Part shown: in pieces, positions 50,340 through 62,930 of the stretch
Layout: every line of letters begins with the position of its first letter
How positions within the stretch are numbered: position 1 is the first letter of the stretch
NCBI GenBank assembly: GCA_024137785.1
Contig: JAHRHZ010000032.1
Span: 3,312,795 to 3,376,794 of the forward strand
DNA length: 64,000 nt
Source of the DNA: Ginglymostoma cirratum
Taxonomy: Eukaryota
Reading direction: 5' to 3'
The notes under the pieces: model-generated
What the model was told of the DNA's origin: nothing
Seen by the model: the letters and a program-made list of their open reading frames with translations, nothing else
Database searches by the model: none
Program-made: the position numbers and the translations under genes

Positions 50340-51110
50340 GAAAATGCAGAGTGCAGGGAAGAGTGCAATTATCCACTATGACAGGAAGAATGGAAAAAGC
50401 AATTTTTAGTACTTAGAGGATTTGGGGTCCTCACAAATAAGTCACAAAAATACATCAATGCAACATGCACCAATTATAAATTATATCGTACATTAGCCTT
50501 TATCACAAGGGGGCTGCTATGCAAGAGCAAGTAAATCTTGCTGTAATATATGAAGCTTTGGAGACATCACAGCTGGAGCACTGTATACTGTTTTGTCTCC
50601 TTGTCCAAGGAAGGCAACAGATGACTTACAGTGGGTGCAACAAAGATTCACAAAGGTTGTTTCTTGAGTTGAAAGGGCTGTTGTATGAGGAAATACTGAT
50701 TGGAGTGAGCCTATGTTCTCTAGAGTTCAGAAGAATGAGAAGCAATCTCATTGAAACATATACAATGCTTGGAAGGTTTGAGAGGGTAGATGTTGAGAAA
50801 CTGCTTCCTCTGGCAGAAGAGTCTCAAATATGTGGTCACAATCTCAATATAAAGTTTATAAAAAGTTATCATTGTAATTTTATATCTCAAAGTCAAGGGT
50901 ATGGATACTAAACTGTTAACCATAATTAAGACTAAGAATAATAGATTAACCATAGTAGTAGATTTTTGGATATTAAACAAATCTGAGGACAAAGGAATTT
51001 ATGGAAGAGGGATACATAGGGGAGCAGAAATTGATGTTCAGCCATGATCTTACCAAATGGTAGAGTAGGCATGATGGCCGAGTGGCCAGTCCTGCCTCTA
51101 CTTCTCATAA
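50340..51110 (+). mobile_element. Old CR1 LINE 3' fragment
   Basis: ORF 50519-50911 contains LEHCILFC...LKGLLYEE...SLEFRRMRSNLIETY. Confidence 0.75.
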
Positions 51111-51207
51111 TGCAGTACGTTTATAATTATTTCATTGTTATAGACATTTCATTTTCTTTGGGAACTGGCTTGAATCTAGGTTGGCTGTGATAAGCCATGT
51201 TCAAAAT

Positions 51208-51213
51208 TTTATT
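51208..51213 (-). terminator. Candidate WARS2 polyadenylation signal (AATAAA)
   Basis: tttatt on the + strand, about 315 nt downstream of the WARS2 stop; the first canonical hexamer I noticed in the 3' UTR. Confidence 0.5.
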
Positions 51214-51528
51214 TTCACTTCTAATTAGTATGCTTTTGGGCAAACCCCTTGTTTTCCACTCTACCCATGGTATTCTTCTCTGTATTCAGTATTTTTATAA
51301 GACATACAAATAAATTATGATTTCAGAATTATACCAGTCATGATCAACAGGTGCTTCTACACTTAGTAAATAGTAACTAATACAGATCTTAAATATGCAT
51401 GTACCATAAATAATACAGACCACCCTTTATGTAGGTCATGACTGAATTGAAGCCCTGAGGAAGAGTCAAATAGATTTTATCAAAATGTTAACATATCCCA
51501 GTAACTACAGGTCATTATTGATATAGGG

Positions 51529-51977
51529 TTAACTGAAACCAACCAGTTTCCGGATTTCATGGTAGATGGGGCTTGCTAATTCTTTGGCTTTTTCAGCTCC
51601 ACAGTTTAAGACGTGCTCCAAGAAGCCTTTCTCAGCTGTAAGTCTCTCAATTTCATTCTTAATTGGTGCAAATTTCTCAATGACGGCTTCAGCCACCACA
51701 TATTTGTAGCGTGCAGTGTCCAATCCTTTGCTTTGATGCACTACTTCCTCAACTGTGAGTCCGGTCACTGCTGCATGCATTGTTACCAGATTTGATACTC
51801 CTGGGCGTGTCTCTGGGTCATACGTCACTTCAGAGGTGAAGTCTGTTACTGCTTTGCGAAACTTCAATCGTATATCCTCTGGTGAATCTGTGATACTCAC
51901 AGTTGCTAACTTTTGAGGGTCTGACTTTGACATCTTTGCAATAGGGTTTCTCAGTGATTTAATTTTTTTGGTTTCAC
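51529..51977 (-). CDS. WARS2: WARS2 last coding exon (exon 6)
   Basis: (S)[26 protein letters not shown]...EIRKLVGFS*, containing the class I KMSKS motif. Acceptor ctttgcag; TAA stop at 51529-51531. Confidence 0.96.
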
Positions 51978-52682
51978 CTGCAAAGAAAGGAGGAATCATG
52001 GAAAATTGCTCATTAGTAAAGTAATATTCAAATACAAAGCAATATTGAGCTTGCAAACTTTCTCTTTCACAAACAGAAACCGGGCCTGAACTTGTTCCAC
52101 TTCAACACTTAACTGACAGAACCAATTCTATTCATTTCCCATCAGTAACTTCAAGCCCTAGTGAAAATTTCAATGCCTTGCACTATCCAGAACCAAACTA
52201 CAATGTCACATCTGGCCTGTCATTAATATAGCCTCCCTCATTAATTTTAGCATGGTCTTTGACACCTCTTCAATTCCACTGCTCCTAAAATCGTCACAAT
52301 CTTGAAGTTTGCTTTTTCCAGCATTATATTCCATCAAGTCTAGCATTATTTGCCATCTCATTCTTACTCATCTCCAATGATTTTCTCACTGACTGTTCTC
52401 TCATTTTGAAATGCCATCTCTGCTATGTTATGCACTTCTCCACTACATTCAGCAGTCATCACCAAAATCACCAAACATTATGCACACACATTCAAATTCT
52501 CCTTTTAAACATCTACGTCTTGCAACCTTCATATCATTTTCTAATTACTTCTCAAAATCCAGTTTTTTGATCATCTCTCTTAGCTGGTTTTCTACTTACT
52601 GCCTGAATAATTGCAATCTCCTGTATAACACATGCCCAAAGTGTTTAAAAAAAGGCACTACAATAGTTGTTAATGCACTCAC

Positions 52683-52801
52683 TCAGAATAGCTTTTGGTA
52701 CAGGAAAAAAATAGCCGTAATGGTTGTTGAAAATTCGGGCTACATCCTGTGCCAACTCCAGATGTTGTATCTGATCCTCTCCGACAGGGACATGGGTTGA
52801 C
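52683..52801 (-). CDS. WARS2: WARS2 coding exon 5
   Basis: Read by hand: [39 protein letters not shown], with the VPVGxDQ motif. Acceptor ataag, donor A|gtgagt; 119 nt, phases compatible with exons 4 and 6. Confidence 0.94.
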
Positions 52802-53559
52802 CTTATTGGACATAAGTAGAATCAATTGAAATGAGATCTTTCCAAAAGAACAACACAGTTAACATTTCAAAGAGAGATCTAATAGTAAGCCCCTTGGTCA
52901 CCCCATTATACATAATGCTTGCCTGAAGCACAGCATCTCTGCAGGGAAGTCTCTTCATAAGCAAATCAGGTTCCAGCAGAGTTCATGCTCCTCCAACAAA
53001 TGACAAGCTTCAAGGAGGCAATCACTTCATACTTAGTGCTCAATGGAGACATTGAAATATGGCTCACACTTTGAAGTGGTTTGAACATCTCACTGGTAAC
53101 ATCAGGCTGGCAGTGCACATCCTCCGCTGACTTCATGTCCCATCCAGGCAGAAATCTAAAATTACTCCTGCAAACAGCCCTGAAGGTCACTCATGCCATG
53201 ATGGTGCAAAAGTTTTTGGCGTTGCACATCAGTTCGTTAAAATTGCAGAATAATTTTGATTATTAATCTGTCTGAACTTCTGCTGAAAGTGGTATGATAT
53301 TATCTACGAGTAGTCTCACACTAGGTCAATTTGATACTGAATTATTTGCAATTTCAGTGTGGAGAGAAATCTGGTTTATGAAGTGACCATTGGTTCTCCT
53401 AGGTTTCTGAGTCTATTTTTTTGAAGCTATCCCAAGTTAACTTAAACAGTTACAGTCTAGAGACTTAGCTCCCTAAATTCTCTAAACATTCAACTGCCTG
53501 GCTTTGAAGAAGAATCTCTTAGTACGCAGATACACTGAATCTGCCCAGGACAGATCTCT

Positions 53560-53895
53560 ATCTGGAAAGTATAGATGAGACACTGTCTTGATAGAACCAA
53601 CATCACAGACTACTAAGCTCAGGGGAATGGCACAGATCTCATCACACTATTTCAAAGAGCAGCAACGGATGTATCCCCGGTGTCCTGGTCAATACTTATC
53701 TCTCAATCACAAAATGAGATGGCTTGATCATTATCACACTGCTGTTTGCACAAGCCTGTTATGTATAAATTGCATGTTGAATTTCCCACATCACAACAGT
53801 GACCATACTTCCAAAGTGTTTCAACCGACCTGAAATTTCCTTGGGACATCCTGTGCTTATAGAAAGATGCTATACAAATGCAAGCTTTTCATTTC
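53560..53895 (+). mobile_element. Deu-domain SINE (SacSINE1/AmnSINE1-like) in WARS2 intron 4
   Basis: ccccggtgtcctggtcaata...cattatcacactgctgtttg...acaacagtgaccatacttc...ttgggacatcctg...atgctatacaaatgcaag resembles the Deu-SINE central domain and tail. Confidence 0.65.
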
Positions 53896-54435
53896 TTTTA
53901 AATTATTCAGAGATAGGGAGCTGTAGTATGAGTCATAATTACACGTGCCCTTGGAAATTGATGGAGCTAACATTGTTTAATTCAGGCACATAGAGTTATT
54001 TACAGCTAATGACCAGCTGTGGTTTAGGTGCTTAAATTGGTAGAATTAAATTGTCCAAAGTTGATAAATAGACCATCCAAATCTAGAAAATTAGATAAAT
54101 CAGTTCCAGCAAAAAAGACAGTCTGCGTCATGCATCCAATGATAGGTAAATGTGTTTGGCCAGATCAGAATACACATTATAACGAATAAGAGGAAGCAAC
54201 AGGACTGAACATGGAACACATCTTTGAATTTCAGTAAGGCAAGTCAAATGACAGAAGAATATCCAAGTGTTGAACAAAGCTTGTTGAATGTTAATACCTG
54301 TATTTATTTGCATCGTTAGATTAAGGAAAAATGGCTAGAGGTACAGAAATTTACACACAGGTATTTGTGAAGAGGTTGACTAGCAAATCCCCAAATCTAA
54401 TTACAATTATTTGTATGCTAGTTAATATATCTTAC

Positions 54436-54521
54436 TTGTATAATAGAACATCTGCGGACTGCAGAACTGGGTAAGTGAACAGTCCCAAACTGCCCTCTTC
54501 CTTCTGACCAGAGCTTTTCAT
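54436..54521 (-). CDS. WARS2: WARS2 coding exon 4
   Basis: Read by hand (not in the ORF track): MKSSGQKEEGSLGLFTYPVLQSADVLLY(K), the TrpRS YPxLQxADxL motif. Acceptor tttttgcag, donor AA|gtaag; 86 nt. Confidence 0.95.
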
Positions 54522-55499
54522 CTGCAAAAATATCATAAAAATAACTAACCTTTATAAGGATTCAGGAATGTGTTTTTAATTTAAAGTGGTTTGCTTCTAT
54601 TAGTTGTTTCACTATGGTTGGACTCCTAATGTAGATTTTGTTTGGACAACCAGGGTCTTGCATATAGGGATGTTTAAAAGCTACCCTTTACTCTTCTAGT
54701 AAAAAGCAAATAAAATGTCCAATTTATCACAATAGTTCACTTCTTGAGCAAGAAGAAAGCACGAATAATTTTAGAGAACAACATTTTCATTAGTATATCC
54801 TAAATGCTTCTATCCAAAGAACTACTTTTGAAGAGTAGTTATTATTGCCTGGAGAAACACACTGCTGAGTGCTGCACTGCAAGATCTCATAACTGGCTTA
54901 ATCTGTTTTAGTTGAGGGAAAAGTGTTGGGTAGGACACAAGCTAAATTACTATTTCTTTCCAAATAGTGTGGAGGGATTTTTTACATACACTTGAACAGG
55001 GAGAGTCTTAATTTAACATTTTATCTGAAGAAATCCACACCAGGCAGCAAGGCAGTCTCACTGCTGCAATGAAGGGTTGGCTTAAATGATAAAGTCTTAG
55101 AATAGGCCCAGGAGTTTCTGCATCTGGGGTGTATGCTTTACCACATAACCAAACTGATACATTAATGTTAACTGCACATTGAGTACTGCTAACTCAGGTA
55201 TAACCTTTGTAGAGCTAAGGTATGAAATAAATTGCAGCAGTTCAAGGTCTGTCTAATTTTCTTTTTGTTCTACAGCAAGAAAATAAAGTTCTTGAAAGCC
55301 TAAAATAAATTCAAAAAAGTGCAAGGTTTGAACACATTCCTTTTGTTTGCAGAGAATGTGAAAACAAGTCCATGTATATGAATGATTGTCACTTATACAA
55401 AGCTTAAACGTGCCACATTACAAGCCTAACCTGATTTAAGATTATCAGTCAAGCTTGTAACCCAACGGATTTCAGATTACAAATATACAAACATGTCAA

Positions 55500-56412
55500 T
55501 TAGAAGCTGTTGAAAGCTATTTAAGCCCTTGAACCAGCTCCACCATTCAATAAGACTATACAAGATCACAGCCTCAACTCCACATTCCTGCTTACTATCT
55601 CCCTTCCCCCAATTATCTATGGCATTCTTCTTTGTCAAGTTGACTCTAACTCCACTGCTTCTCTATTGGGGTTCCAAAGGAGCTGAACCCTTTGGAAAAA
55701 AAAAATTCTCCTAATCCCAGACTTAAATGGAAGATCTGTTAATTTTAATCGATAGTTCTAGTGCCTCCCATAATGGGAGCATCTCTCTGTATCCACCCTG
55801 TTAAGTATCCCAACGAATTCTTGTCTTATTGACGTCACTTCTTACACTTTCAAATTTTATGGATAGATTCCAATTCCCCAACCTTCTCTCATAACAGTAT
55901 TTATCATCCCAGATAGTGGATGGGCGAACCTTCTCTGACCTGCTTTGAAGGCATTTATGTCCTTCTCCAAATAAGGACACCAGCACTCCAGGTGTTGTCT
56001 CACCAATACCCTGTTCAATTTTACCTAACGTGGCACTCTTCAAATCCAATCCCCTTAGAATAAATGGCAACCTTCTATTTACCTTCCTAATCTCCTGCTG
56101 CACTTGCCTACCAACTATGTACTTCATATACCAGGACAGCCAGATCTCTTGTTAGCTCAGAATTCTACAATCACTTTCCATTTAAACAACAGACTGTTTT
56201 TCTGTTCTTCACAGTAAAGTGGACAAATTCATATTTTTTCTACATTATACTTCAACTACCATACTTACGCTGACTGACTTGACCAATCTATATCTCTTTG
56301 TAGGCTCCACATTAGCTCTTCGGAAACTACTTTCTTACCTGTCTTTGTTGCATTTAGTCAACACAACAGCCATATATTTTTCTCCTTCATCCAAGTCAGT
56401 GACATAGTTCAT
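55500..56412 (-). mobile_element. Old CR1 LINE 3' fragment
   Basis: Minus-strand pieces VTDLDEG and QVQQEIRKVNRRLPFILRGL are decayed CR1 ORF2. Confidence 0.65.
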
Positions 56413-56939
56413 ACACAGGGACCCGTTCTCTGGAAAGTAAGGGAACATCTTCAAGCTTTGCCCATTTTGTGAATTACCTGGGAGCATAAAGCTCACCATT
56501 GCTTTCTCCATTGCAACCCTTTGGCCAATCAGAGATGATTTGTCCACCAACCAGTACTCCTTTTTTCCCCTCCCGCTGGTATAAAATAGCTGCGCTCATT
56601 TGGAATTTAGCATTCTGCATTTGTTTTGAAGCGTGCAACATGAAATGCTTTGGCAACACAGAAATAGAAGGCATTTTGAGTCTGCTTGGCTGTTCAATGT
56701 GACTACATCTCAATGTCATTCTCCTCTTTCTCTACATATTCCTCAATGTCTTTAATATCTAAATAAAAATCTAATTCTTGACATGTCTCTCATATTCAAG
56801 TTGTAAAGAATATATCTTTGTATTTTTCTGAACTTTTAATTATGGACTGAAATGGGAAAAGAACCATTTTAAAAATTAAGGACTATTGAAGGATTGCTGC
56901 TCTTTTTAAAATCAAGTAACCAACACTCACTGTATGTAC

Positions 56940-57741
56940 TGTTAGCACAGCTGCTTGTTCCAGCAGCAGTGGAAGATTAGTTAACAGATCAACTGGGGCC
57001 AAGGGATGTGTATGAAGGAAGCTTTGGCCAGCAACAAATAGCTGATTGATCACTGGTCACTAGTCCACTGACCAGGGACGAATGAAAAAGACCTTATGCC
57101 TGCCAATAACTACGTTATTGGTTTCTAGATATCTGAACAGCTTGGGAGGGTGAAGGTTTTGGCAGAAATTATTGGGCTGCTGGAGGACAAAGCGCTGTTT
57201 GTGCTCTACAGTAAAAAGCCTGAAGGTAGCTGGTCTATTTCCCCATTCCAGATGCTATAGGCTGTGACTTTTAATTAATGAGTCAAAGACCTTTAAAGTG
57301 AGCCCTAGTCACCCTGTGCCCCCTGCAAACTAGTGAAACTACCTGGAGAAGGAAATAGTGTTCTAAGGTTCATCTCAGCAAACGCTGCAAACAGGGACCA
57401 TTGAACCACTTTCCTAGTCTTTCCCTCCATCTATAAAATTAATGCTCTTTTTCTTGTCTTTGTTGTGTGCGTAGGGGTAGTTTTTAATGGGTTTAGAGTT
57501 TTAATTAATAAATTATATGCTGATGGTTCATAATTAGTTACCTGCAGTTAGAATCCATGTATTTGCAATAAATCGTCATTCTTGTTAAGTACAGAAGGCC
57601 AGCCCATGCTTTCTGTCAACCTGAGACTGAAAGATATGTAAACTGGGGAATTCTGAGTACCTGTTAGAAATCTTTACTTTTGTGTTGACTCTGGGAATCG
57701 CGAGGCTTGATTTCCAGGGCCTACTTCAGTGAGGTGCAACA
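56940..57741 (+). mobile_element. Solo-LTR-like element
   Basis: TGTTA...CAACA termini, with an internal ctataaaa and a downstream AATAAA. TSD not found. Confidence 0.45.
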
Positions 57742-58099
57742 AAGTTTTGTACTACCAAGTGACTGTGCAGGAAATATCTGTCCTGTTGAGTAATTATAGT
57801 AAGAAGTCCCCTTCTTGAACGTTTTGTGATCATTAAGATTTGGGCTGTGAGTGACTAAGTCTGAAATATTTGAATTATTTTCAACCTCTTTAATCCACAC
57901 AGGAAAGACATACGCAGCTGCAATCTGTATGCTTTTTGTTCTTTGGATGTGAGTGTCGTTAGTTAGACCAGCATTTGATGCCCATCCCAATTGCACTTAA
58001 GATTTTCCAACAACCTTACCAATACCACCTCACAAAAATAATTGTTGTTGTAGTGAGGAGTTCATACAGACTTTATGACCCAACAAGGGAAGAGAATAC

Positions 58100-58180
58100 C
58101 TTCCATTGAGGTAAGTGACGTAATCGTGGCAGACTTGTCAGACAACTCAGAATCCAAGCTAATTCTGTGTGTTCGGAGAC
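58100..58180 (-). CDS. WARS2: WARS2 coding exon 3
   Basis: Translates [27 protein letters not shown]. Acceptor cttacag, donor AAG|gtattc; 81 nt, in frame with the neighbouring exons. Confidence 0.95.
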
Positions 58181-58209
58181 CTGTAAGAGAATAACATATG
58201 TAAACTGGT

Positions 58210-58327
58210 TCAGAGATAGCAGGAACTGCAGATGCTGGAGAATCTGAGATAACAAGGTGCAGAGCTGGATGAACACAGCAGGCCAAGCAGCGTGAGAGGA
58301 GCAGGAAAGCTGACGTTTCGGGCCTAG
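58210..58327 (-). mobile_element. Family-A Penelope-like copy, 5'-truncated, in WARS2 intron 2
   Basis: Near-identical to 1194-1304 plus ggcctag; lacks the CTGATGA half of the hammerhead core. Confidence 0.75.
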
Positions 58328-58444
58328 TCTAGATCATTTGAATCTTCTCTGAAGAGACATTATTACCATATAGCTGTCTCATACAGTGACTGTAGAGTTT
58401 TCCTGATGGCATTTCAATTGAATTGATGTTTACATGAAATAATA

Positions 58445-59790
58445 AGAACATAAGGAACAGTAGCATAATTGGACCATTTGGCCCAGCCCTTCAAAGCTGT
58501 TCAATGTTCGAATAAGACCAAGGTTAGTCTTCTCCCTCAACTTTACATTCAACAATCTAGCCTGATGATCCTTAATTCCCTTGGTACTCTAAATCTATTG
58601 ATTCCTGTCTTGAACACTTTCAATGGTGGAGGGAGACGATTCAAAAGAATCACAAACATTTGAGTGAAGAAATTTCTCCTTATCTTTGTCCTAAATGGCC
58701 ACCCCTTATTCTGAAACCATGGCCCTGATTCTCCACCTGGTGTAAACAGTATGTCAGCATCTCTTCTGTTTCACTCGAAGAATTTTGTGTGTTTCCATTA
58801 GATCACTTCAATCTTCTAAATGTTAGGGAAACATAGACCTCATGTACTTAATCTCTCCTCTTAGGACAATCCTTCATTCCAGGAATCAGTCTCATGAATC
58901 TCTGTTGCACTCTCTGTAATGTAAGTATGTTATAAGAAGACCAAGAGAAAATGCTGTACTCCAGGAGTGGCCTCATCAGTATCCCGAAAAAAATGCAAGC
59001 CTACTTTAATTTTTTTACTCCAATTACAGTCACAAGTAGACAGGTTTGTGAAAGTGGTGTTTGGTATGCTTGCCTCTACCGGTCAGTGCATTGCGTATAG
59101 GAATTGGGAGGTCATCTTATGGCTGTAAAGGACATTGGTTAGGCCATTTTTGGAATATTGCATTCAATCCTGGTCTCCCTGCTATAGGAAGGATGTTGTG
59201 AAACTTGAAAAATGGTTTAGAAAAGATTACAAGGATGTTGCCAGGGCTGGAGGGCTTGAACTATAGGGAGAGACTGAATAGGGTAGGGCTATTTTCCCTG
59301 GAGTGTCAGAGGCTGAAGGGTGACCTTATAGAAGTTTATAAAATCATGGGGGGAGCTTAATAGGATAAATAGAGGGCGGTACATGTATGGATTGAGCTGC
59401 CAGAGGAAGTGGTGGAGGCTGGTACAATTACAACATTTAAAAGGCATCTGGATGGGTACACGAATAGAAAAGGTTTAGAGGGATACGGGCCAAATGTTGG
59501 CAAATGGGACTAGATTTATCTAGGAAATCTGCTCAGCATGTATGATTTGGACTGAAGGGTCTGCTTCCATGCTGTATAGCTCGATGACTCTATGATTCTT
59601 AAAAAACATGATAGTAACCTTCCCAATTACTTGCTAAATCTGCATGCTAACTTTTTAGTTCATATACATACAAGGATACGCAAGCCACTGAATGCAAACA
59701 TTTATTGGTTCCATCACTATTCAAAAATATTCTGCGATTTCATTTCTCCTACGCAAGTGGATAACAACAATTTGCCATATTGCATTCCAC
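58445..59790. mobile_element. Old minus-strand CR1 with a younger plus-strand CR1 3' end (about 59027-59597) nested inside
   Basis: The inner copy matches 37810-38460 and ends gactctatgattct. The flanks are collinear halves of a minus-strand CR1 (tail ataagaacataag). Confidence 0.75.
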
Positions 59791-60379
59791 ATCCCAATTT
59801 CTTGTTAACTCAAGCAACTTGTGTACACCATCCGGCAGGCTCTACATCCTTTGGTTCAGCACTGCAACCTTGCTATCACAGACCGTGTGTGTGTAGTATT
59901 CACTTTACTTTGGTAGAAACATTATTTTTTGGAAGGAATGATTAACATCGGCAACTTCTGTGCATCTTATATGACTAACAGATCAACTGGTTGTCTTTGT
60001 AGTCTTAGATCTAAGAGATGAAAATAGCATTTCTTCTACTTATTCTGAATAGTTGCCAACTTTCATTGAACAACAACCAGGCCTCTGAATCAGTCAGCTT
60101 TTACACAGTTGTCTAATATGGTGCATAAGGTAACAACAAACTTGGGGAATTGTTCCTCTAGGTATTCTCCTCTCAAAATCCATCTGGAAAATTCCTACTC
60201 ATCTACCTCCCAGGTTTCTACCACCACCTAAACCTTAGATTGAAATTGTGGATCCTGCCCCCCTCCATGCTAATGATATAAGCTAACCATCAAAACAAAT
60301 AGAGAGTTAGATTCTGTTGCTAAGCAAGCATACCATTAGCAAAGGCTGGTAGCAGGGTTGTTTCAGCTACACTATACTT

Positions 60380-60735
60380 TCATAGAATCACTACAGTGCG
60401 GAAAGAGGCTACTCAGCCCATTGAGTCTGCACCAACCCTCTGAACAGCATCCCACCCAGACTCAGCCCCCACCCCGTCCCTGTAACCCCACATTTACCAT
60501 GGCCAACCCACATGATCTACATATTCCTAGACACTACAGGGAAATTTAGCATGGCCAATTCACTTAAGCTGCACATCTTTGGACTGTGGGAAGAAACCAG
60601 AACACCTGGTGAAAAACCACAGAGACACATCAAGAACATGTAAACTTCACACAGACAGTTACCCAAGGCTGGGATCGAACCTGGGTCCCTATCGCTGTGA
60701 GGCAGCAGTGTTAACCATTGAGCTATTGTGCTGCA
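60380..60735 (-). mobile_element. HE1-like V-SINE (near full length)
   Basis: tRNA-like head (ggttaacactgctgcctcacagcg...ggttcgatccc), V-domain and ...gattctatga tail. Confidence 0.8.
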
Positions 60736-61189
60736 CTTTGGATAGGGGATTTAATTTTCAATCATCATAAGTGAGTGAGCAGCACTACTAACGGCTGACT
60801 CTTGAAGGGGATACCTGCCAACATGCCTGAGAGAACTAACAGAAAAGAAGAAAAACTTACTCAACCCCATCCTCATAACCTATCTATCCATGTCAGTATT
60901 AGTGTCAGTGACAACTGCACAATACCAGTGGAGACAAAGTTCCATCACAATATGAAGGCCACCCCTCCATCATTTGTACACGACTACCACTGTGTCAAAT
61001 GAGATAGATAGATTCAGAGCTGGTCAAACAGCTTAAAACTGAACATTCATGAGGAACTCGAGGCCATTAGCAGCAACAGAACTGTAAAGTAGCACAATTC
61101 CTAACCTTGTGGCTTGGCAGATCCCTCAATTTACTATTATCATTAACCAAGGGACCAGCCCTGGTTTAACTAGGAGCTTGGAACAACAT

Positions 61190-62930
61190 ACTAGGACCAG
61201 TGCCAGGCATTCTGAAAATGAGATGTCAACCTGAAGTTACCATGCAGGAATACAGATATGGTAAAATATTTCAAGAAAATGGCTACGGACAGAGCAAAAT
61301 GATCTTGTGACCAATGGACGAAACCAAAGCTTTGGAGTCTTGTCAAATCTAGACATGAATGTTGGTGGATAATTGATCGATTAATTGGACACTCCATAAC
61401 ACCCAGGTCCAGCATATGATTTCAAGAGACAAGGCTGAAGTGTTTACAACCATCTTCAGCAGGATGGATAATGCACATTGGCTTCCTGAGATCCAAAATC
61501 ACAGATGCTAATCTTCAACCAATCAGATTCACTTCAACAAAATATTTTTTTAAAATGGCTACATGTAAGATACACAGTAGAGGCTGTTATACTCTGAATA
61601 GTCAGTCTGTAAAAGAAGAAACCAGAGCCAGAGCCAGTCTTTACTTGGTATAAATTTATTCACAGAATGAAATATTACAGGTATAGATCTACTGACACCA
61701 CTCTACTCCTGTGACACTGAATGTCTTTTTATGCGTGCTCACATAACCACCAAAATACCGTCCTCAAATGTGTATGTACTTAACCTCAATTGGTACAATT
61801 AATGAAGGTTACAGGCACCAATAAAATTGCAGCTCTAATACTGAAGACATCTGTTCCTGAATTTATCATGCTTCTAGCCAAGCTGATCCAGTACAGTTAC
61901 AACATTGCCATTTAACCAATAAAGCGGAAAATTGTGCTGTATATCCTGATCACAAACAAGTAGGACAGATCCAAAACTAGCCAATTATTGCCTCATAATT
62001 CTACTCTCAATTTTACATTTCTTTTGTCAAAGTGATGCAAGAAGTCAGCGACAGTGCCACCAGGTGGCACATACCCACCAATTACCTGGTCTTTAATTCA
62101 GAGTTTGGATTCCACCAAGGGCATTCTACTCCAGACCTCATGATGGATCAAACATGAAGACAAGAGTGGAATTCCACATAGTGAAACAGTCTGAGCCCTG
62201 GACAATATTCATACTTGGCCTCATAAGTAGCAAGTAACATTCATGCTGTACAAACACAAGGTAAGGACTACCTCCAAGAAAGGGGAGTCTAACCATCTCC
62301 CCTAGTCATTCAAATATATCACCATCATCATTCTGGAAGGTGATCACCATTGACCAGAAATCTAACTGCATCTATATATGGCTGGGTATTTTGTAGCCAG
62401 TGACTCACGTCCTGACTCCCTAAAGCACATTCACCATCTATAAGGTACAAATCAGGAACGTGACACAACACTTTCCACTTGTCCTTCTGAATACAGCTGA
62501 AATGATACTCTAGAAGCTGGACACTGTCCACAGCAGAGCAGTCTCCTGCTTGTTTGGCACCTAATCAACCACATTCATTGCCCCGATTAATAGTGCACTC
62601 TGGTAACAGAGTATGCCCTGTACAATATGCACCAAGAGCAACTCACTAAGGCTTCAATGTAAGAATCTCCTTAAACCTGCAACCTTTACCAACTAAAAAA
62701 TGAAGAACAGTAGGCAAATGGGAATCTCCCCTGACTTGGAAATTGATTACCATTTCTTCATTACCGCTGGGTCAAAATCTTGAAACTCCTTCCTTAACAG
62801 CTCTGTGGGTGTCCCTTCACAACAGGGACAACAGTTATTCAAGAGAAGGCTCACTACCATATCTTCAAGGGCAATTGAGGATGGGCAATAATTGCTGGCC
62901 TTGCCAGAAACGGCCAGACTACAATGATTA
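61190..62930 (+). mobile_element. Degenerate CR1-like LINE (same family as 8380-11435)
   Basis: acaaggctgaagtgtttacaaccatcttcag, gagtttggattccaccaagggcattc (FGFHQGH) and the tail gggcaattgaggatgggcaataattgctggccttgccag. Confidence 0.75.

Noticed and set aside
51978-52056. N-terminal extension MQAQYCF... of the 175-aa ORF
   Set aside because: Intronic read-through upstream of the exon 6 acceptor at 51978-51979.
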